A stretch of 64,000 nt of DNA from Phyllobates terribilis (taxonomy: Eukaryota), in the NCBI RefSeq assembly GCF_046119375.1, contig NW_027362772.1, forward strand, positions 254,200,001 through 254,264,000, written 5' to 3'. Both the position numbers and the translations under genes were made by a program. The notes below the pieces were generated by a model, which saw only the letters and a program-made list of their open reading frames with translations, was not told where the DNA came from and made no database searches. The number at the start of each line of letters is the position of its first letter. Position 1 is the stretch's first letter. Shown here piece after piece: positions 23,601 to 34,519 of this stretch.

Positions 23601-26600
23601 GATCGATGGTGAATTTTCAGATGCCTGTTGTCTTATGACAAGCTTTAAGTGGTTGGATCACGTATCAGTCATGAAAATGGACCTAAAATTGTAAAAGACA
23701 CTTAGCACTCATGTAAATACGTTGAACATGAATTTTTTATTTAAATGTAGAAAATCCAGAAAAGAACAAGACGTGCCGGTCAATACAAGAAATTCATCAG
23801 TCCTCTGGAGGGTGAAATGCTGGGTGCACGTCCGCGGGGGGCCATCGAGCGCTTCCTGTCTAAGCGGTGGACACCGCGGACGTGCACCCAGCGCTACACC
23901 GCACAGTGTTTCACCATCCAGAGGACTGATGAAGGTCTTGTATTGACCGAAACGTCTTATTCTTTTCTGGATTTTCTACATTTAAATAAAAAATTAATGT
24001 TGAACGTATTTACACGAGTGTCAAGTGTCTTTTACGGTTTGAGAAACGGATTGGGATCCTACTTGTGCACCTTGGTTCCAGGAGTGCCTTGACTTCTTTC
24101 ATATGAAAATGGACCTAAACCAGTGTCCACCACAATAAACCAGCTCCGTTTCTGAGAACATTTTGTACACAAATGGAGGTAACGTTAAGTTATATAATGG
24201 GTTTGACCGGCAGAGCTCACCTCCGCATTGGCAGTTGAATGGCACCAACGACTTCACACCTGCCCAAAATCCGTGCATGATCAGCAGGTATCACCCCCTG
24301 TCCTATAGGTAGATAGATGTGGCGCCATTGCAAGCGCTCACCTCCTTATGCAGAAGTGAGCTGTGCTCGAAAAACTTTTTTTTTTTTCAGGCTTAATTCA
24401 CACCAGGTCTGTGCTGCATGAACATTGACTCTAATAGCTAAACCTATGGTAAAACTGTATCCTCCTGACCTACATGTATGTGGTATGTGCCATATCCTGC
24501 ATTACGATCTGTGGTCGACCATGTTGTACACTACAACTGTATATAAAGAAAGCAAACGAATCCTCGGTGGTAGAATTTAACTATTTTTTTTTATTAATAG
24601 ACACCATTAAAGCTATTAAATTATTAATTCTGGCAGAACAGTGCTGTGTATGCCCAAGGTCCATTCAGCAACTCGTCCTGAAAGACAAATGGGGCATGTT
24701 TATGTAGTGATAAGCAGTGAGGGTTTTTTTTTCTTTTTTTTCGGGAGATATTGGCACCATATTGTTTGTGGATTATGTATTCTATAGTATTATGTATATC
24801 TAGAATAACGTCTTGCATCTCCCATTGTAGATCACTTATCAGATTGTCATTGTCTCTCGTACAGGTGATCATGCCCGGGTACTGTGTACAGGGCACAGTG
24901 GGACACAAGATCCTAAGTGGGCAGCGTAAACTGGAGATGGAGGGCAGACAGACGGTGGGTGCTCAGTCCTAGTTACCCTTTATTATGAATGTATTCACCT
25001 ACAAGCACTGATGATAGAGACCATTTACTGTCATTTGTTGGCAGCTGGAAGTAAAAATGCAGGTAGAGTATATGTCCTTCAGTGCCCACGCCGATGCCAA
25101 AGGTATCATGCAGCTCATCCGCCAGGCAGAACCCCGCCATGTACTACTGGTGCACGGAGAGGCCAAAAAGATGGAGTTCCTTAAGCAAAAGGTTGAGCAA
25201 GAGTTTCGTAAGTAGGAAGATTATACACAGTGGGGGTGATGGCTGCCCTCTTTTTTGCACAAGTGTTCATATATCTGCCCCAATATGTAATGGCGGATCT
25301 CTCTACTGATGCCTTCCTCTGTATTATCCCCGCAGGCATCCAGTGTTACATGCCGTTCAACGGGGAGACTGCCACCATCGCCACCAACCCGAACATACCA
25401 GTGGATATCTCACTGGACCTGCTGAAGAAGGAGACCGCACTTAGTAAGAAGCTCGGACCAGGGGCTGTGTGATAGGATTGTGGTCGGTCCACAGGGCCAT
25501 ATTACATCATGCTGTACTTCTTATAATTATAGGTCTCATGCCGGATGCTAAAAAGCCCAGACTGATGCATGGGACGCTCATAATGAAGGACAATGTAAGG
25601 AGGGATGAGATGTCACTGCGCAGAGCGCTGCCATGTTTCTAAACTATAAACCTTTTATTTCTATATTCCAAAGGAGCCTGTGAGGTGTGAAAAGGAATAA
25701 ACCCCATATACTCGCCCACCGGACCAGCACCGTTCTGCCACCCCACTGCCTGTGTCTTCTGGCTTCTTGTTCCAGCCTTGGACATCATGTGACCACTGAC
25801 TGACAACAGCCTTTACATAGTTTCTTCAGCCGATCAGACCAGTGGGGAGACACATTCAGCGGACTGGTGCCAATCCGATAAATGAGTATATAGGTTTTGT
25901 TTTTTTTCTTTACCACCTCATAAGCCTTTTTGTGTGAATATAGCCTTAAAAAGGATCGGTTACTCCTTTTTTCCTTTTTTTTTTTTTTAAATTTTTTACC
26001 CAGTGCATCCACTCCAAAAAAAAGACTGTAAAACTCTATTGGAAATCCACTTTAGGATACCCATAACTTTTTATGTTTCCATAGATGGCTTTGTTTTTTG
26101 CAGGGCAATCTCTAGGTATTATTAGGATACATAAAACATTTTGATAGCTTTTTGCTTAGTTCAGAGGCACAAAAAAACTTCAATTTTGGCATTTTTTTTC
26201 CCGTTATTTTCAAACGTATTTGCTCAGAGGATCGTAGTGAGAACTTTTTAGAAGTTTTGGTGTGGGGCTGTGATAAACTATTCACGCGCCAATGACCCTG
26301 TCTCTTTCTTGTTCTCGGCAGACTCTCCGTCTGGTGTCACCCGAGCAAGCCTTGAAGGAACTCGGTCTGGTGGAGCACCAGCTCCGATTTACCTGTAGGG
26401 TGCACATCCAGGACTCGCACAAGGAACAGGAGACGGCGATGCGGATATACAGCCACTTAAAGAGGTAACCAATGATGTCTGCGACTTGTAGGATCATCAT
26501 TCACAGAACGGCCGCTGGTTTCCTTACCCGACCTGGACAGGTGCATTTACGAACCTGTCGAATTTGGTTCTCCACATTGTGGTCTGTATTTGGACCACGA

Positions 26601-29600
26601 AACAGGGATGCGACAAATAGGCCGTACTGTGTGTCCCTACAGCCTGACACTGTCCAGGTGTAAAGCCACAATATCCCGTAATTACGTCAGTGCAGGATAT
26701 TCCTATACAAAGAAAGGGAGAACTGTTTTGTGAATCTGGGGGGGGGGATGGAAATTCTGTAACGTGGCTTGATCTTGTCATTTGTGCAGTATTCTCAAGG
26801 ACCGCTCAGTACAGCACTTGCCGGACGGCTCCATCATCGTAGAATCCATCCTCATTCAGGTTTCTACCAACTCTGATGACCCCGGGATGAAAGATATTCT
26901 CGTATCTTGGACGTATCAGGTGAGATCGGACACCAAAGAAATGCGTGCCAGTAACAATATGAAAACCTTTCCTCCTCCTTTTATAGTAGAAATGTATAAA
27001 ATGTAAAAAACATTCTAAATATCTTCTATGTAGAGGAGCGTTCCCTGGCCTAAAGCCACAATTTTTGGAAATTGAGTTATTCACTCATTCATTTATTTTT
27101 CAGATAATTGTTTGCGAGTAGGAATCCTTTTCCCATGCACTTAACATTTAACATTACATGCTGACTATTTAAAGGGTTGTTCCACTATGTAATATTAATA
27201 TCCTATCCGAGGATAGGTCATCAATATCAGATCAGTGGAGGTTATTGGAGTAAGAGAGGATCTGCAACACTCACCAGCGGCCGCTGCATCGTTCAGCTCC
27301 ATAACTGCTTACGTCCGGCTGTTACCAGCACCGAGAACAGCAGACTCTGTGTCTGATCTGCAACCAATAATCTATCATAAGGATAACTCGTCAGGATTGT
27401 AGTGAAACAACCCTTTAAGTAGATGGAAAACTGCGTCTGGGCACTTAGAGCGGAGAACGTTCATATGCCATAAGCAGTATGGACGGGGGTCATCATCATC
27501 ACGAGGCAACTCTTGTCATCCCCTCCTCTCGTCTGATCATTGCATAAAAAAAAAAAAAATGGAAGATCAGCAGTTACATAGAAGGACGAGATCGCTGCAA
27601 GTGCAGACCACACCTAGTTCTGTTATTAGCTGTCAAAACAAAAAACAGGACAAGTATTTATTTATTTTTTTGTGTCTTGTAGACTAGTCAGTAGGAAAAT
27701 GCATGAAAAACGCCACATCTAGCTGTGTTTTTTTTAATGTTTCCTTGTTGCAGTGTTTTTATCTAACATGCTGGGGAAAATGTCTCAAGAATCCATTCAC
27801 ACCTCCGCATCTAATTTTATATCAGTGTAAAACAGAATGTTTTTCTCTCACGTCATCTATTTGGCTTTCATGTTGCAATCTTATTTTTTAAAAACTGAAG
27901 CGAGTAGCCTGTCTGATCTCTATTTCTTTATCGCTTCATTGGGGGACACAGGACCATGGGTGTATACTGCTGTCGCTAGGAGGTTGACACTAGGCAAAAA
28001 AGGAAAATAGCTCCTCCTCCGCAGTATACACTCGCCTACGGGCATTAAGCTCATCAGTTTAAGCTTAGTGTCTGTAGGAGGTAGACCTGGATCCTAACAG
28101 ATCCAACCCTGTTGTGTTTTATTAATCTTTCTACTTTCTTTTTCAGATACAGCTCTTCAGGGTTAACAGGTAACACTGCGTTCCCTGTTACCCCCTTTAC
28201 ACAAGCGACCGAGAGAGCAGTGTGCATTCTCCACATAGCACACTCTTGGACCCGCTGGGCAGGACTTATCCCCTGTCGCCTCCCGGTGGCCAGTCCTTGC
28301 CTGTTCCCCACCCCAGCCCCCTCCTCGGAGTGGCCTGGGAGAGAGACGGTGGTCCCTGCGGGTGACCTTCCCCCAGATTCTGGGGTCGACACAGTCTCCT
28401 GCACTGTCCAGGACCGGACAGTTTGGGAAGGAGGAAGAGCCAGGATCCCCCCTTATCCACGGAGGACCTCCTGGGACCATCCTCAAAAGGAAGAAGAGGT
28501 GGTGTCGGGGCCTTAGAAAAGGTACAATCCCTCCCCCTCCTGCTGCATCAGCAGGCCCCTCAGAGCCCTGACATGGCTTCGCTTACAAGCGTATATGCCC
28601 AAGGGGGCTGTCGATTCCTCAGCGCTCCCTGCCACACGCCTGCTGCAGCCTCCACTTCCATCACTTCCACATCAGCGGCGAGCACTTATAATACACAGCG
28701 CTTACTTACAGCGCTATCCAAGCCACGCCCCTCCCCTCTTTCTTCTTGTCCCCCGGCAGCCCCCCTCCTTCTTCCTGCCCACTGTGTGCGTCAAAACTGC
28801 CCGCGTTTTTTCTTTTCCCCCCTAGTGGGGGGGGGGGGGGGAGGGGGCATTCCTCTTACCCCCCCCCCCCTCCCCAGCCAACAATCGGCCTATCAATGGT
28901 GAGGATCATAGTGTTGCGTTCGCCAGGCCCAACAGCCCTTCCGTGGACCTATCAGCGGCGGGGCCTTTAGCCCGCCCCCTCCTTCCTTCTGCATATCAGA
29001 GCCTCGGTGCCCCTTGTCACTCAGGGCAGTGCGCTCTGCCTCGGCTCCACCCTCCCACGCTGTCATGCCCCTGCTCCGGCGGCATCACTCTCCCTAGCGT
29101 CGCTGTTTTCTGATAACAGCTCGACACGGTCTCAGCTCCAGATCTTGGACGGGGGACACAGGACAGGGGTCTCGGGACTGCGGCTAAATCCAGGACCGGG
29201 TAGGCTCTGCCACGCACACCTTTCCTACCCTCAGGCTCCCACCTCTACAGTATCCCTGTTGGGCACATATGCCCAGACCCAAGGAGCTCTATGCCCGTCC
29301 CTGCCACACAGTTACATACTATGCCTGTGCACTTTGCAGAACTAAGTGGCCCGCAGGTCGGACAACTGCTTTCTGCTTGTCCTGCAAACCTCCCACCAAG
29401 CTGGCACCCCAAGAACCCCTCGCCACCCAGGAGGAAGGAACTCCCTCTCCTCCGGAGTGGGCTGTTGCTATGTCCCAATCTGTCTCTGACTTCACCAAAG
29501 TATCCCAATCTCTGGTTCAGGTCCTAGAACGCTTGCCTATGTTATCCACGGCCACCAGTGCTCCGAACGATTCCATGGATGATTCGCAGGCACCCTTGCC

Positions 29601-32600
29601 CCCCTCCTCACAAGGGCAGACTGAGAGTACATTCTCAGAAACGAACTCCTCGTCCTGCTCTCCTGTACCATCGACCTCCTCCAAGATGACCCCTGCATCC
29701 CACACCTCCTCCCCAGAGGTCGTCCTGGGATCTGACTCTGCGTCAGATTCTGATTCTGGATCCAACACTGACCAATATTCCAAAATCCAGGACATGGTTG
29801 ACAGCCTTATTTCGGCCGTCAACCAGACTCTGCAATTTAAGGAGGACGAGGCCCCGTCTCAGGATCACCCTGTCTCTTTCAAGAAAATTAAGCGCCCGGC
29901 ACGCACCTTTTCTAACCATGCAGAACTTGACAGTGTCTTTCAAAAACAGTGGGAGCATCCAGAAAAGCATTTCTCAGGAAAGAAACAGCTAGACATGCTA
30001 TATCCGTTTAACCATGACCTTGTCGCCAAATGGTCGGAGTCCCCAACTGTGGATCCTCCTATCTCTCGGCCAAGACGGTTCTGTCTCTCCCAGACAGCTC
30101 CTCCCTCAAGGACACTACAGATAGACAGGTGGAGGCTTTGTCCTTCCTTTGCATCAACTTGGGTATCAAAATCAGTGTCTGCATGGGCCAAGCAGCTTAT
30201 ACAGGGCATCTTAACGGCGGCTTCCCCAGACGATCTGGCTGATCTAGCAGATCAGATCGCCCATGCAGGGAAATATCTGCTCACGGCATCCCTCGACGCT
30301 GCTGCCTGCTCAGCCCTCGTCTCTAGCAATATTATTGCGATACGTAGAATTCTTTGGCTGAAGGTTTGGAACGCTGACCCGGCCTCCAAAAAATCTCTAA
30401 CTAATCTCCTGTTTCAAGGCTCCAGACTGTTTGGATCTAAGTTATACCAAATCATTTCGGACGCCACAGGGGGCAAGAGCACCTCCCTTCCCCAGCCGAA
30501 ACGTCCCTTTCCTTGGAGTCGTTCCGGTCCTTTCGTCAGTTCACCCAACTGGGCTACTCCTCTCAACAGGACCGTTCCACAACGCCGAGGGCCCGCCCCC
30601 AAGTGGCACGCAAAGGGTCGCTCCACCAAGCCCTCGGGATCCAGATCACGATCCAATAGATTTTCTACAGCATGACTGGTTACCCCCACCTGGGACCTCT
30701 CCCAGGGTGGGCGGCCGTCTACTTCTGTTCCAAGACGCTTGGGTCTCGGCGATAGAAGATTCATGGGTCAAGGAGATTGTGACCGCCGGCTACAAAATCA
30801 AATTCAACACCATGCCAGGAACACGATTTCTCAGATCTCGCCCCCCCCGCATCCACCATCTCTGCTTCCAGGCTTCCTTCAGGCCATTGCCTCCCTTTGG
30901 CTCTCGGGAGTCATAGTACCCGTCCCCTTTCAGGAAAGTTTTCTGGTTTTTACTCCAATCTTTTCGTTATTCCAAAAAAGGACAGCTCACTGCGTCCGAT
31001 CCTGGACCTCAAACAGCTAAACCGACAAGTACGCATCCGTCACTTCAGAATGGAGTCCCTCAGGTCGGTAATCACCTCGATGGAAGCCGAGGAATATCTA
31101 TGTTCAGTGGACATTCAGGACGCATATCTCCACATCCCAATCTGTCCATCACATGAGAAGTTCCTTCGTTTTGCCTTCCAGAACGCACATTACCAGTTCA
31201 CCTCCCTCCCCTTCGGGCTTGCCTCCGCCCCAAGGGTTTTCACAAAGGTAATGGCGACGGTCATGGCCATTCTGAGAGCCAGAGGGATTGTAGTTATCCC
31301 CTACCTCGACGACTTGTTGATCATAGGCCCCACGTTCAAGGACTGTCTCTCCAGCCTCCAGATCACCTTAACCCTAGAACGCATGACCATAAAAATCTAC
31401 ACTTTCACATACCTGGGGCCTTTTAGGCCCGTGTGCAAATAATAAATAAATGACCAACTGGAAAAGACAAACCACTATATACCTGAGGAATACCTAGGTC
31501 CTTCTTCCAAGAGAAAAGATAAACTCTCCGCCTGGGGATCCACCTTCTCTCCAACCCAAGTCCACACTCTCTTTGGCTATGCATGAGTGTCCTGGGGAAG
31601 ATGGTGGCTGCTATGGAAGCAGTACCGTTTGCCCAATTCCATACCCGGCCTCTTCAACTAGCCCTTCTGTCAGCATGGGACAAGAACCCATCGTCTCTGG
31701 ATCGACGTCTCACGTTACCTCTTCAGGTGAGAAGGTCATTGACATGGTGGACTCGCTTCTCTTCTTTCAGACCCGGGAGATCGTTCCTACCGCTTCGCTG
31801 GCAGGTGGTCACGACCGATGCCAGCCTCATCGGTTGGGGGGCAGTCTTTTTCCACCACACGGTACAGGGCCGGTGGACTCCCCACGAGGTCTCCGTACCG
31901 ATCAATATCTTGGAGATCAGGGCAATTTACCTGGCGTTACGTCACTGGCAGGATCTTCTAGCAGGGTTCCCAGTCCGCGTGCAATCGGCCAACACTGTGG
32001 CGTACTTAAACCATCAAGGAGGAACACGCAGCAAGTCCGTCTTCAAAGAAGTGGCAAGAGTTATGGTTTGGGCCGAAAAGACTGTTCTGGCAATTTCAGC
32101 AGTCCACATTTCGGGGGTCGACAATTGGGCCGCCGACTTCCTCAGTCGGCAGGGCCTTGCCTCAGGAGAATGGTCTCTCTATCCCGAGGTGTTTCAGCAG
32201 ATTTGCTTACGGTGGGGCACGCCTGACGTCGACCTCATGGCGTCTCTGTTAAACCACAAAGTCCCATCCTTTTGTAGCTCTTTCCCGCGATCCGCTAGCG
32301 ATCGCTCAAGACGCGTTAGTAATTCCATGGTCTCAGTTCCAGCTGCCCTATCTCTTTCCCCCTCTACCATTGATCCCTCAAGTCGTCAAGAAGATCAAGA
32401 CGGAGTACCGGTAATCCTAATAGCACCAGACTGGCACAGACGGGTCTGGTACGCGGAGCTAGTAAACCTGCTTGTTGACTCACCTTGGAGATTACCAGAC
32501 CGTCCAGATCTCCTCTCTCAGGGTCCTATTCTTCATCAGAGTTCTCGTTCTCTGAATTTAATGGCATGGCCGTCGAGGCCGCAGTGTTAATTAAGGAAGG

Positions 32601-34519
32601 CGGGTTTTGCTGACCATGTCATTCAGACCTTAATTAGCGCCAGAAAACCCGCAACCTCGCGCATATATCACAGAACCTGGAGAGCCTTCTTTCGTCACTA
32701 TGAGGGAGATCAGCTAGCTCCCATGTCTTTTTCGTTACCGGTCATCCTGGCCTTTCTTCAGTCTGGCCTAGAGGCGGGTCTCTCCTTGAGCACCCTCAAA
32801 GGTCAAGTGTTGGCCTTGTCCATCCTCTTCCAACGTAACTTGGCTGCCCGGCCTCAGGTCAAGACTTTTCTACAGGGGGTGGATACATGGGACCTTTTAA
32901 TATGGTCCTAACCGTCCTCCAACAGCCTCCGTTTGAACCCATTCAGGACATCTCAGCCTCTCTTCTCTCCTGGAAGGCGGCTGTTACCTCGATTAGGAGG
33001 GCTGTGGAGCAGCCCTCTTATGTCGGTTGCCCTTTCTGGTCTTTCACCAAGACAAAGTAGTGCTCAGGCCGGGCACTTTCTTTTTGCCGAAGGTAGTTTC
33101 CTCCTTCCACATCAATGAGGACATTGTTTTGCCTTCTTTCTGCCCGGCTCCGCGTCATCCATTGGAAAAATCTCTGCATAAACTTTATCTGGTCAGAGCT
33201 ATACGTGTGTACCTTTCTAGAATGGCTTCCTTTCGGCATTCGGATGCCCTCTTTGTCATTCCTGAGGAGCGTCGCAAGGGTCTTCCTGCTTCCAAGTCAA
33301 CCATCGCCCCTTGGATACGTTCAACCACTTTGGAGGCATATCGCGTCTCATGCAAACCTCCCCCCTCCGGGGGTAAGTGCTCACTCCACCCGGGCGGTGG
33401 GGGGCCTCTTGGGCGGTTCGCCATCAGGCTTCGGCTTCACAAATCTGAAAGGCCGCAACCTGGTCTTCTCTGCATACCTTTTCAAGGTTTTACAAGGTCC
33501 ACACTTACTCCTCGGCTGATGCCAGTCTTTGACGGAACGTTCTGCAGTCTGCAGTTGCCCACAGTCCGACTTAGCTTGTGGCCATCTTGGTTCTCCCACC
33601 CCAGTGACTGCTTTAGGACGTCCCATGGTCCTGTGTTCCCCAATGAAGCGATAAAGAAAGAGGGATTTTTGGTACTCACCGTAAAATCTTTCTTGGAGCC
33701 TTCATTGGGGGACACAGCACCCTCCTTGAGTTTGTTCATGTGTTCCTCCAGTTGGCCCCCTTTGGGCATCCAGTTTGTGCCCCATTGGGCATTGTATATT
33801 TGTTTACGTTATGGTTTCTCCTACTGCTTTACTCACCGATGAGCTTAATGCCTGTAGGCGAGTGTATACTGCGGAGGAGGAGCTATTTTCCTTTTTTGCC
33901 TGGTGTCAACCTCCTAGCGACAGCAGCATACACCCATGGTCCTGTGTCCCCCAATGAAGGCTCCAAGAAAGAGATTTTACGGTGAGTACCAAAAATCCCT
34001 CTTTATCCCTTGACTCTTATTAGTGGATTGGCGTAAAATACATTGAGCTCTGAAGTACAAAGTCTGTCTTCCTAGTGTCATCCATCTGTATATGGATACA
34101 CAGACTTTAAAGGGAACCTGTTTGCAGGAGTTGGTGGCGCATGCGCAGGTCGAGATCTGTGCATGCGTTGACTCTGGCCCAATTTTTTTTGAAGATCGAA
34201 AGTGGAATCTCACACACTGCACGCTCTGCTCAGCCAATGAGGGTTGCGTAAAAAATCTCAAAACTGAGGCAGGTCACTGAATAATCAGAATTTTTAATTC
34301 TTATTATTGCATTCCGTACTGTGGGATTTTCTATCACATATGTTCTTCCATACAGCGGGGTATGCACAGGTCATTGTGGACGTATTTCCTGCTCGCTCCA
34401 TATGATACTATTCTTGTGCTGCGTTCTTACGTCATTCACTTCTGTCTATTTAGGATGAAGAGTTGGGGAGTTTCCTGACATCTGTTCTCAAGAAGGGTTT
34501 ACCACAAGGCTCCAGCTAG
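17692..34519 (+). CDS. INTS11: Integrator complex subunit 11 (CPSF3L; metallo-beta-lactamase/beta-CASP endonuclease), 600 aa, 17 coding exons
   Basis: Exons 17692-17719, 18562-18659, 18736-18809, 18889-19117, 19713-19811, 20328-20362, 20490-20628, 21035-21099, 21179-21368, 22400-22483, 24865-24954, 25045-25207, 25336-25443, 25533-25594, 26322-26464, 26790-26919, 34454-34519. All GT-AG, total 1803 nt. [19 protein letters not shown] start, [12 protein letters not shown] metal motif, [22 protein letters not shown], ends [21 protein letters not shown]. Confidence 0.97.
19834..20100. mobile_element. hAT-type MITE (267 bp), sibling of 14996-16048
   Basis: CAGGGCTGTGGAG ... CTCCACAGCCCTG ends; near-TSD AGCTTAGC / AGTTTAGC; interior matches 14996-15175. 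Confidence 0.8.
21742..21945. repeat. 34-bp minisatellite, 6 copies, in an INTS11 intron
   Basis: Unit GCTGACCTCTTGCACTAGATCCGCAGCGGGCC(A/G)C starting at 21742, 21776, 21810, 21844, 21878, 21912. Confidence 0.95.
22738..23046. mobile_element. Palindromic hAT-like MITE (TAGTGATGAGCGAG family)
   Basis: Ends GTGATGAGCGAGTATG / CATACTCGCTCATCAC; foldback interior; second copy at 37176-37460. Confidence 0.75.
23170..23535. mobile_element. T2/Kolobok-type MITE (GGTTGTCCACTAC family)
   Basis: GAGAGGTTGTCCACTACTTT ... AAAGTAGTGGACAACCTCTTTAA. Related ends recur near 13494, 27170-27420, 51670-51945 and 52623. Confidence 0.6.
23697..24030. mobile_element. Penelope-like inverted terminal-repeat foldback with hammerhead-like core
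   Basis: 23697-23812 is the diverged reverse complement of ~23915-24030; inner stem GCTGGGTGCACGTCCGCGG / CCGCGGACGTGCACCCAGC. Confidence 0.6.
23918..23970 (+). ncRNA. Minimal type I hammerhead-ribozyme-like motif
   Basis: CTGATGA (23926-32), A, GGTC-ttgtatt-GACC stem II, GAAA (23949-52), CGTC (putative cleavage after 23956). Stem III is only the palindrome ACGT; stem I is imperfect. Confidence 0.45.
27923..34004 (+). mobile_element. Full-length decayed DIRS1-type tyrosine-recombinase retrotransposon (~6.1 kb) in the last INTS11 intron
   Basis: Left ITR 27923-28058 and right ITR from 33835 (4 mismatches over ~125 bp) plus a right extension to 34004. Internal complementary region ~33622-33717 matches both outer ends. 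TTT at both termini. gag-like ORF 29269-30675; RT ([34 protein letters not shown]) ~30680-31400; RNase H ([15 protein letters not shown]); methyltransferase-like region; recombinase ~32600-33520 (HSTR, WS..TF..FY). Several frameshifts. Confidence 0.95.
29269..30675 (+). pseudogene. DIRS gag-like ORF1 (N-terminal Cys-rich finger, LAP2alpha-like region), internally frameshifted
   Basis: [18 protein letters not shown], Ser-rich linker, then [23 protein letters not shown] resembling vertebrate DIRS gag. Confidence 0.7.

Noticed and set aside
17720-34453. Intronic snoRNA or other small RNA genes in INTS11
   Set aside because: No convincing C/D or H/ACA arrangement found by eye; an Infernal/Rfam scan is needed to exclude them.
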